Source of the DNA: Anabaena sp. UHCC 0187 | GTDB lineage: Bacteria; Cyanobacteriota; Cyanobacteriia; Cyanobacteriales; Nostocaceae | NCBI RefSeq assembly: GCF_009712035.1 | Contig: NZ_VILB01000006.1 | Span: 114,519 to 146,518 of the forward strand | Reading direction: 5' to 3' | Length of the DNA stretch: 32,000 bases | Part shown: positions 8,468 through 16,058 of the stretch, one piece after another | Layout: every line of letters starts with the position of its first letter | Position numbering within the stretch: the stretch's first letter is position 1 | The notes under the pieces: model-generated | Told to the model about the DNA's origin: nothing | What the model saw: the letters and a program-made list of their open reading frames with translations, nothing else | The model's database searches: none | Made by a program: the position numbers and the translations under genes

Positions 8468-10456
8468 TTACCAAAAATAACCAGGTTTGATTGTGGTTTC
8501 TCTTTTGTTGGAGTTATATTGGAGTAGGTATTCGCGGGCGATGGCTTCGGTTTCTTGCAGGTTTTGATATTCTTTTTTGCCGATTTCGGTGTCGGTGGAA
8601 AGGAGGATTACTTGATGGCTGGCTGAGGGAAAGTATCTTTCTACTAGGTTGTTGCGGTGGGAGGAGTCTAGTCTTCCTAATGGGGTGTCTATGGCGACGG
8701 GTAAGCGTCTTCCTGATACTTTGGCTAGTCCCCACAAAAATGCGATCGCTAATAGTTGTTTTTCTCCGGCGGAAAGTCTATGTTTGGGAACTGGTTTTCC
8801 GTTTAAATCATATAATGATAAGCCGAAGGTTTTGCTGTCTATAGCTATGCGATGTACTAGGTCTGATTTATGTAATAAATATAGAAAACAGTTTTTTACT
8901 TCTTCTTCTAATTTATTCAATTTTCTCAGGGTTAATCTTTCTCGAAATACTTTTAATGTTTGTTGAACTTTTAATGCAGAATCAATAATATGTTCACTAT
9001 TTTGATATTTGATATTTTGTACAGTATATTCATTTAGTTCTTGTCTCAATCTTTTGGTTTCTGTATCTAATTCTATCAGTTTTTGAGTCATTATATCCGA
9101 CTGAGATTTAATTTTATTAAATTCAGTTTGTGCTTCTTTTACTGCTTTTTGTAGTTTTGTATATTCTTCCGGTGCAGCCGCAGTTTGTACTTGTCTTTCT
9201 AAGGTGAGGATTTCTTCTTCATAATTAGTTAATTCATCTAGTTGCTTTTGGGCGGTATTTTGGGAAACCTGTAAACGATAGGTTATATTGTCAAGTAAAC
9301 TTAAACTTTCTTCATCTCCATTTAACCAATTATTTTCTGTTGATAAGTTATTGGTATATAAATTATTAATATCTTCAGCTAGAAAAGATTGAATATTAGT
9401 AACTTTATTAGTTTCTAGATTTAATTGTTGTAGCCAATTTAATAATCTTTCATCTCTAGCAATTAAGACATCTTTAGCTAATTGGATTTGTTGTGTTTTT
9501 AGTTCTTTTTCTCCTTGTCTTTGGACTTGCGATAATAAAGGACTAATTAAGGCTAAAGGTAAAACATCAGCAGCTATTTCACGCAAGGATTCACGGACGT
9601 TATTCGCAACTTTGATTTTTTCTTCCCTTTGTTGTTCTAATTGGCTACGTTCAGCGGCAATTTTACCACCTTCATTCACAAATCTATCTAAAGCCTCTTC
9701 ATGAATTTGTTCTAATTCTTCAACTTCAATATTCAGATTTACGAGTTTTATTTGATTATTTTCGTATTCTGCTTGTTTTTCCTGGATTCGGGTTTCAATT
9801 TCTTCTAATTTAGCTAAATCTTTTGTATCTGCAAATTCTCGTTTTTTGCGATTTACTAAAATCTCTAAATCAATTGCTAATTTATCGGCTAATTCTAAAC
9901 CCAAAAGTCCGTTAATAGCATCCACAACTATAGGAGGTGGGATTTCCTGTTCTGCAAGTTCTTTAACTTGTTCACCGTCAAAAAGAAATAAATTGGAAAT
10001 ACCTATAGGTAAGATATTTTCTATATATTCATCCCAAATATTTACTAATGAATCAATTGGCCATGTTTCATCATCTCCTAATATTCCTAAATGGTCTTTA
10101 CCGTCTTTAGGATTTTTTTCCCATGTCCGCACAACTCGATATTTTATTGGTCTATCTTCTTCGATATGTTCAAAAACTAATTCAATTCTGGTTTTTTCTG
10201 TGGGGGTACTTTTACTATTCACGCATTGGGTTAAAAAATCACTATAACTGAGATTTCCTCTTGTTGAACATTGGGCGCGTTGTCCATATAAAGCGAGGCG
10301 AATGGCATCCATAAGGGTGGTTTTTCCGCCGCCGTTCATTCCTCCTAATAAGATAATTGGGCGGGTGTTGTCTTCGTCAATTTGGGGGTTGAGGTTGATG
10401 ATTTGTTTTCCAGCATAAGGACCGAAGTTTTGCAGGACTAATTCTAGGAATATCAT
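8468..10456 (-). CDS. dndD: DNA sulfur modification protein DndD (SMC-like ATPase)
   Basis: 662 aa. Motifs are MIFLELVLQNFGPYAG, Walker A GGMNGGGKTT, FLFDGEQV, a long coiled-coil middle, signature LSAGEKQLL and Walker B/D-loop PVAIDTPLGRLD. Confidence 0.85.
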   Translation of the reverse strand: MIFLELVLQNFGPYAGKQIINLNPQIDEDNTRPIILLGGMNGGGKTTLMDAIRLALYGQRAQCSTRGNLSYSDFLTQCVNSKSTPTEKTRIELVFEHIEEDRPIKYRVVRTWEKNPKDGKDHLGILGDDETWPIDSLVNIWDEYIENILPIGISNLFLFDGEQVKELAEQEIPPPIVVDAINGLLGLELADKLAIDLEILVNRKKREFADTKDLAKLEEIETRIQEKQAEYENNQIKLVNLNIEVEELEQIHEEALDRFVNEGGKIAAERSQLEQQREEKIKVANNVRESLREIAADVLPLALISPLLSQVQRQGEKELKTQQIQLAKDVLIARDERLLNWLQQLNLETNKVTNIQSFLAEDINNLYTNNLSTENNWLNGDEESLSLLDNITYRLQVSQNTAQKQLDELTNYEEEILTLERQVQTAAAPEEYTKLQKAVKEAQTEFNKIKSQSDIMTQKLIELDTETKRLRQELNEYTVQNIKYQNSEHIIDSALKVQQTLKVFRERLTLRKLNKLEEEVKNCFLYLLHKSDLVHRIAIDSKTFGLSLYDLNGKPVPKHRLSAGEKQLLAIAFLWGLAKVSGRRLPVAIDTPLGRLDSSHRNNLVERYFPSASHQVILLSTDTEIGKKEYQNLQETEAIAREYLLQYNSNKRETTIKPGYFW

Positions 10457-10487
10457 GGGTTTTTGGGTTGGGTATTCTAGTTTTTTA

Positions 10488-10541
10488 AACGAACCACAGA
10501 GGCACAGAGGACACAGAGGAAGAGAGAAAGGAGATGTTTAT
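10488..10541. repeat. Dispersed short repeat unit (CACAGAGG-type triplet)
   Basis: aacgaaccacagaggcacagaggacacagaggaagagagaaaggagatgttta closely matches 22408-22460. Confidence 0.75.
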
Positions 10542-10617
10542 CTCGTTCCCTGGCTCTGACAGGGAATACTTTCAAGAGGCTCTGCCTCTGTTATGGCTAG
10601 GAATGAGGAATATAGAT

Positions 10618-10664
10618 TAAATGAACCACGAAGGAGCGAAGAACACGAAGGAAGAAGGAAGAAG
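10618..10664. repeat. Dispersed short repeat unit (CGAAGGA-type triplet)
   Basis: aaatgaaccacgaaggagcgaagaacacgaaggaagaagg is the reverse complement of 20008-20045. Confidence 0.7.
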
Positions 10665-10695
10665 ATAAGTAATCTTATACTGAGAAGGGAGTATT

Positions 10696-12309
10696 CTATT
10701 CATCTGAGTTTTTTTGTGCATATTTGAAGTTAGCCCAAGTTTGTGGTTTAGTCTCTTGTTTTTCGGCGGTATCTCCTAAACTCAATTGTTTGAATTTTTC
10801 CCGAATTGTGGCTACATCACCTTCTAATGCTGCTTGTCTTAAATCCCTTTTTAAATGGGCATTTGCGATCGCTTGTTCTGGTGAACGGGAACTTGTATCA
10901 AAGCATTTTTCTAGGCTTTCGTAGATACCCACACGGCGGGTTTTTTTCTTAAATTGTCTTTCTGTATCTAATAGTCTGGCCATTAATTCTAGGTGCATTC
11001 CGTCACCTTCACAGATTTCTTCTAATATTTCCCATTCATCACTACCAAGTATGCTTTGATCTGCACCAGGACGAGAATCTTTAAATACTTCTCCTGTAAC
11101 TTCTTCATATATACGGGGTAAACTATCATCAAATTCGTGTTTGTCTTCTAACCATATTCGGCGGATAGCACTTAATTCTTCCATACTAATTAGAGTAATA
11201 TCACCCATATTTTTAGGTGCTGTTTGCCGGACTTGTATTTGCGCTTTTAGTAATTTTGTCAACCAATATTCTCGCCAATATTTTGTATATGGACCTGGTA
11301 CTGGTACAACATCTTTCTTTCCTTTAATATCTCGTTCAAATAATTGAACCTGCCCCCGAATTCTTCTAAAATCTCTTTTATCTCTATCATCTTTAACATC
11401 TAATTCATTACGAATATCTAGTAGTATCTGCATCCACTCTTTTTCTTCATCATTTTGGATCATTGCCTCCATTGATTTATCTTTATTTACTAATGTGCAT
11501 ACCCAGCAACCAAATCGAGAATCGCCACAACTAGGTGTAGAAGTATCAACAACTAAAGGACATTCATTATCTGCTGTTGCACCTCGATACATAGTAAATA
11601 AATCTTTATTATTTCCTCCCCACGGATTTTTATATTGATTCAGGTATATCCAAACATCGTTATTACTCCAGTCTTCAACAGGCGTATAAATTAGAGAATT
11701 TGGTAAACTTGCATTAGGACTAAGCCTATCTCTAACTCTACCTAGCTGATGTTTATTCATGGTAGCTGCACGTTTGGAACTTTCCGCTTTACGTGTACCT
11801 AAAACAAGAATTGTTTCGCCATTAGCTCTCACTATTTGACGAATAAATTGATTAGCTGGATTTATTTTTAAACGCGAAGTACACCAACGAAACTGATTAC
11901 GAGGTGCTGGGTATCCTTTACCAATAAGATTTACCCAAAAAGAATCTTCAACTACTGGCTCTAGAAGATGCGCTTCAATTGGCATATTTTGTTCTTGAGC
12001 AGCTAACCGAATATGGTTGATAGATTTACGAACCCAAGCGGCAACTATGGGATTTTCTACCCCCGTATCAGTTGTAATAACATAGATAGTCTTAGTTCTT
12101 TTGTTTGGAGGAAGTGAATAGATAGCATTCCAAACAAGCTGCAAGACTGTACTAGAATCTTTACCCCAAGATACACCTATAATCCAAGGTATCTCATCTA
12201 AACAATACAATTCTTGAATTTCTATAGTCAGAGCTTGAATATCTTCGATTAACTCTGGTACAGTACGATTCGGCTGATTTTTATTTTCTGGCTGTTGTGT
12301 TGTAGTCAT
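10696..12309 (-). CDS. dndC: DNA phosphorothioation sulfurtransferase DndC (PAPS-reductase/PP-loop fold)
   Basis: 537 aa. The PP-loop-like motif is GVSWGKDSS, followed by RWCTSRLKI and the Cys cluster CGDSRFGCWVC typical of DndC. Confidence 0.9.
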   Translation of the reverse strand: MTTTQQPENKNQPNRTVPELIEDIQALTIEIQELYCLDEIPWIIGVSWGKDSSTVLQLVWNAIYSLPPNKRTKTIYVITTDTGVENPIVAAWVRKSINHIRLAAQEQNMPIEAHLLEPVVEDSFWVNLIGKGYPAPRNQFRWCTSRLKINPANQFIRQIVRANGETILVLGTRKAESSKRAATMNKHQLGRVRDRLSPNASLPNSLIYTPVEDWSNNDVWIYLNQYKNPWGGNNKDLFTMYRGATADNECPLVVDTSTPSCGDSRFGCWVCTLVNKDKSMEAMIQNDEEKEWMQILLDIRNELDVKDDRDKRDFRRIRGQVQLFERDIKGKKDVVPVPGPYTKYWREYWLTKLLKAQIQVRQTAPKNMGDITLISMEELSAIRRIWLEDKHEFDDSLPRIYEEVTGEVFKDSRPGADQSILGSDEWEILEEICEGDGMHLELMARLLDTERQFKKKTRRVGIYESLEKCFDTSSRSPEQAIANAHLKRDLRQAALEGDVATIREKFKQLSLGDTAEKQETKPQTWANFKYAQKNSDE

Positions 12310-12489
12310 TTTTCCTTACCTGTGGATATATGAACATAGAATCAATACTTCCCTTTGTGGGAATGGAATCATTTAGTATATAAATAAACTTAACCTATGC
12401 GTGCAACATATTTTTAAAAATTGCATCCCTAGTATCCATTTTTTCGGACAATAAAGCAAGAGTCAGTCACCAAGTTTTCAAAAATTAAC

Positions 12490-14091
12490 ATGAATGATAA
12501 TACAGATACACTAAATAATCAACTCGCTAACGAGTATTTAGAACGGGAAAATAAGGATAAACAGGTATTAGCTTTACTGCTAGACAGGTTTTTAGAGAAG
12601 AAAGACCAAATCCTTGTCCAAAAAACCGAAATGGGTGGTACTGAGGCTTATGTAGGTTCTGTGACATTGGAATGGTTTGCGGGACGGGTACATTTTGCGT
12701 CTGGTTTACCCTTGCTGCAAAAAAAGTACAACCCAGAGACAGAGAATATTGAAATTGACGCTGATAGTATTGATGAAATTCAACAACGTCCTGTTGATTG
12801 GTCGCGTCAAGCACCGTTAGTACAGTATTTAGCAGCGAGAAAAAACCATAAATTTCCGGCTGTGTTGGTAGTAATTAATCAACCTTGGGTGGATAACCCC
12901 AAAGCAGCGGAGTGGGATAGTCAAGGACGAGCTAAAAAAGCGACAACTGATTTTATACCTTTAGATAAAGATGGTAAAGTCGGTTTATTGAATATTTCTG
13001 AAGACAATGTGACAATTTATGCTTTAGATGGTCAGCATAGATTAATGGGTGTCCAAGGTTTAATGGAGTTAATTAAATCTGGTAAACTCCAACGTTATAA
13101 AAAGGATAAAACTGCTGATGAAAGTTTTATTACTCTATCTGATTTGATTGATAAATATCAAGTAGAACCTGCTTATTTACAAAATTTATCTAAAGAAAAA
13201 ATTGGCATTGAATTTATTTGTGCGGTGAATACTGGGGAAACTCATACAGAAGCAAAACGACGGGTAAGATCAATTTTTGTTCATGTAAATTTAATGGCTG
13301 CACCTTTAACTAAAGGTCAGTTAGCACAATTAAATGAAGATGATGGTTTTGCTATTGTAGCGCGAAAAATTGCCGTTACACATCCACTTTTAGAACAAAA
13401 ACCAAATCGCAATCCCCGTGTTAATTGGAATAGTGCCACAGTAGCCGCTAATTCTACGGTTTTGACGACGCTACAAGCCTTACAAGATATGTCTGAAAGG
13501 TATTTGGGGCAAAAGTTCCCCCACTGGAAACCTTTGGAAAAAGGGTTAATTCCCATGCGTCCAGAAAATGAAGAAATTCAGGAAGGAATTGCCGATTTTA
13601 GACTACTTTTTGATAATTTAGCTAATCTTCCCAGTTATAAAATATTGGAACACGAAGATACAACTGTTTTGCGTCGCTTCCATTTTGAAAAAGACGGAGG
13701 TGAGGGAAATATGTTATTTCGTCCAGTTTCTCAAGTTGCTTTAGCGCAAGCTTTGGGAACTTTGGTATTTAAAAAAGATTTTGGTTTGACGGATATTTTC
13801 AAGAAGTTGGAGAAATTTGACCGTCAAGGGGGTTTTAGTAGTATGGAATATCCTCAATCTTTATGGTATGGGGTTTTATATGATCCCAATAAAAAGCGGG
13901 TACAGGTAGTAGGAAAAGATTTAGCTGTGAAGTTATTTATTTATATGTTGGGAGGAATGACTGAAAAAATGGAAGTTACTGCTTTACGTAAAGCTTTAGC
14001 TAATGCTAGGACAATGGAAGACCAAACTATAGGTTTTGATGGTAAGTTTGTCAAACCGCAAGATGTAGGGCTACCAGTTATACTGAGTTAG
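12490..14091 (+). CDS. DGQHR-domain protein 1 (DndB-like, ParB/sulfiredoxin-type fold), 533 aa
   Basis: QRPVDWSRQAPLVQYL is followed by YALDGQHRLMG (DGQHR codons 13027-13041), then FVHVNLMAAPLTKGQ. It is divergent from dndC. It is longer than the classical DndB as I remember it. Confidence 0.8.
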   Translation: MNDNTDTLNNQLANEYLERENKDKQVLALLLDRFLEKKDQILVQKTEMGGTEAYVGSVTLEWFAGRVHFASGLPLLQKKYNPETENIEIDADSIDEIQQRPVDWSRQAPLVQYLAARKNHKFPAVLVVINQPWVDNPKAAEWDSQGRAKKATTDFIPLDKDGKVGLLNISEDNVTIYALDGQHRLMGVQGLMELIKSGKLQRYKKDKTADESFITLSDLIDKYQVEPAYLQNLSKEKIGIEFICAVNTGETHTEAKRRVRSIFVHVNLMAAPLTKGQLAQLNEDDGFAIVARKIAVTHPLLEQKPNRNPRVNWNSATVAANSTVLTTLQALQDMSERYLGQKFPHWKPLEKGLIPMRPENEEIQEGIADFRLLFDNLANLPSYKILEHEDTTVLRRFHFEKDGGEGNMLFRPVSQVALAQALGTLVFKKDFGLTDIFKKLEKFDRQGGFSSMEYPQSLWYGVLYDPNKKRVQVVGKDLAVKLFIYMLGGMTEKMEVTALRKALANARTMEDQTIGFDGKFVKPQDVGLPVILS

Positions 14092-14145
14092 ACAAGTTAG
14101 CGAGTAATATCACCTTGTGGTTTTTACGGATGTTCAATACCACCG

Positions 14146-15384
14146 ATGTTGTTTACTATGTTTTTTGACATCGCTAAGTGTATCAGCATTTATATGACTC
14201 AATTGAACGAAGAAAACAACAAAGATATTACTCCTGAAGTGAAAGCTCAGTTTAGCTCATTTATAGCTCCATTCTTCTCTAAATACCATCGTGATCGGTG
14301 CTATTTAGGACTGAGATTGACACATGGAAACAGGACTATGCTACAAATTAATGTACCTGCTGGTGACTTTTCTGGACTTTTGCAAGCTAAACCTTCAAGT
14401 GGTAATGATCCTGATTCTGGTAAGAATCGTCCAGAAGTTAAAGGCCATGCAGAAGAAATTAAAAAATACATTATCGAACGTGCTAAAAAACAAAAACCTT
14501 GGATTGTGGGAACATTAACAGCAAATGTTTCCCCAAAAGAGATCACTTTTTTAGAATTTGATAGAGATTTTGGCTTAGTTGTTATTCGCAGAGGAGTGAA
14601 GCTAGACATTACTGATGGACAACATCGAAAACGTGCAATTCATGAATTAATAGAAAGTGCTGATAGTTACTTAATTAAAGATGACAATTTTCCAATAACT
14701 TTAGTTTTAGAAGGAGATTTTCAACAGTGTCAGGCAGATTTTAGAGATATGGCACAAACTAGACAGCTTGATAAATCTTTATTGCTGTCATTTGGTGAAT
14801 TTTCTGGTAGAGTCGGCATTAGTAAAGAGTTAGTAAGCCGGGTGTCATTATTTAAGGGGAAAACTGAGAAAATTAAAGCATCACCTTCAACTAAAAATAA
14901 TCTAATTTACACAATGAACTACATCGCTAAATTTGTAAGTTGTGTATTTAGTAATGATATGATGAACCAATTAAAAGAGATAGATGTAGATAGCACATCT
15001 GATACTTTGGTTACTTGCCTAAATCAGTTTTTCTCAGAATGTAGTAATACAGAATATATAGCTTCACTCAGTGTATCTGAATTAACAAATGATGAAGTTG
15101 CTGCATTTAAAGACGATTGTTTATTGGGTGTAAGTGTAGGATTAGAAGTTTTAGGTCGCTTACTATACTGGTCTTATGATGCTGAAGAAAATTATTTTGA
15201 TTCAGAAAAAATTTCTCAACTAGCAAGTTTAAACTGGTCAAGAGAAGATGAAGTTTGGAGAGATAATATAGTTAGAATTGAATCCCAACCCAAAAATTCA
15301 AGCAAGCCTTATAAAATATCAGCGACTGCTGGTGCTGTTACAGACGCAGTAAAGGCAGTAAAAAATAAATTGGGATGGGTATAA
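14146..15384 (+). CDS. DGQHR-domain protein 2 (DndB-like paralogue), about 396-412 aa
   Basis: LDITDGQHRKRAIHELI (DGQHR codons 14614-14628). It begins 54 nt after the previous stop. The start is ambiguous: ATG 14146, or ATG 14194 giving MTQLNEENNK. Confidence 0.75.
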   Translation: MLFTMFFDIAKCISIYMTQLNEENNKDITPEVKAQFSSFIAPFFSKYHRDRCYLGLRLTHGNRTMLQINVPAGDFSGLLQAKPSSGNDPDSGKNRPEVKGHAEEIKKYIIERAKKQKPWIVGTLTANVSPKEITFLEFDRDFGLVVIRRGVKLDITDGQHRKRAIHELIESADSYLIKDDNFPITLVLEGDFQQCQADFRDMAQTRQLDKSLLLSFGEFSGRVGISKELVSRVSLFKGKTEKIKASPSTKNNLIYTMNYIAKFVSCVFSNDMMNQLKEIDVDSTSDTLVTCLNQFFSECSNTEYIASLSVSELTNDEVAAFKDDCLLGVSVGLEVLGRLLYWSYDAEENYFDSEKISQLASLNWSREDEVWRDNIVRIESQPKNSSKPYKISATAGAVTDAVKAVKNKLGWV

Positions 15385-15412
15385 ATGATTAACTGTTTAC
15401 ATTAGAAAAGGC

Positions 15413-15874
15413 TTAGGAGAGGAATTTACTTAAATCAAATTCCTCCGTTTCTTCATGAATATTTATTTTTTGATACTTGAGAAATAATAAAATTCGTTCT
15501 GAATAATCTACAGCACCCCTTAACTCATTTTGTAATATTTCTAGTCCACCATTAGCATATTCTTCAAAAGTATGAATACGTTGATCATCAGATGTTTCAT
15601 CATCACCTAAAATTTTTATATCTTGTATTTCGGTGATAGCTAATAAATTAATCAGCATAGTGAAGCTACTGGGAAAATAATCCTGTCGTAAAGGGGATAA
15701 ATCTTTAGAACTTCCTTCTAGTGGAACTCGCTTTTTATACTTTACTCCCAATGATGCTGCAAATACCATGACTTCTACATAAGTCTGAAAAATCCCACTG
15801 GTATCTTTGGAAGCTACTAACGATTTCACCAACTCAGCCTTATCTTGAGCAATTTTGATTCTATTTGCAGCCAT
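15413..15874 (-). CDS. 153 aa protein, probable 'dnd system-associated protein 4' family member
   Basis: Clean ATG ORF downstream of the DndD-like ATPase on the same strand. The family name rests on my memory of a roughly 150 aa family found beside DGQHR and DndD-like genes, not on a motif I can verify here. Confidence 0.55.
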   Translation of the reverse strand: MAANRIKIAQDKAELVKSLVASKDTSGIFQTYVEVMVFAASLGVKYKKRVPLEGSSKDLSPLRQDYFPSSFTMLINLLAITEIQDIKILGDDETSDDQRIHTFEEYANGGLEILQNELRGAVDYSERILLFLKYQKINIHEETEEFDLSKFLS

Positions 15875-15935
15875 AACTATAAAATCTACACCCTAAATAT
15901 ATTAAACCAAACCTAACTTACTAATAACACACTCT

Positions 15936-15979
15936 CGCGCGCCTCTCCGCGCCTCTGCGCCTCTGCGTGAGAAAAAAAA
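15936..15979. repeat. Dispersed short repeat unit (GCAGAGG-type triplet, inverted orientation)
   Basis: cgcgcgcctctccgcgcctctgcgcctctgcgtgagaaaaaaaa; its reverse complement resembles 10488-10541 and 22408-22460. Confidence 0.65.
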
Positions 15980-16016
15980 TCAACAAACATCCTCACAAAC
16001 CGAGGACTCATATAAC

Positions 16017-16053
16017 TCCTTTCTTCCTTTGCGTCTTTGCGCCTTTGCGTGAG
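16017..16053. repeat. Dispersed short repeat unit (GCAAAGG-type triplet, inverted orientation)
   Basis: cctttcttcctttgcgtctttgcgcctttgcgtgag is the reverse complement of 8411-8450. Confidence 0.7.
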
Positions 16054-16058
16054 ATATA

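Noticed and set aside
8491-10247. Plus-strand ORFs 8491-8844, 8649-8966 and 9846-10247 (105-133 aa)
   Set aside because: They are antisense shadows inside dndD, with Cys/Arg/Leu/Ser-rich low-complexity translations and no motifs. The opposite strand carries a full-length, motif-bearing DndD.
12490-14091. Calling DGQHR-1 the canonical dndB
   Set aside because: Position (divergent from dndC) and motif would fit. However, it is markedly longer than the DndB I recall, and it is followed by a second DGQHR paralogue in an arrangement typical of the companion module. I left it unnamed, since only an HMM or phylogeny can decide.
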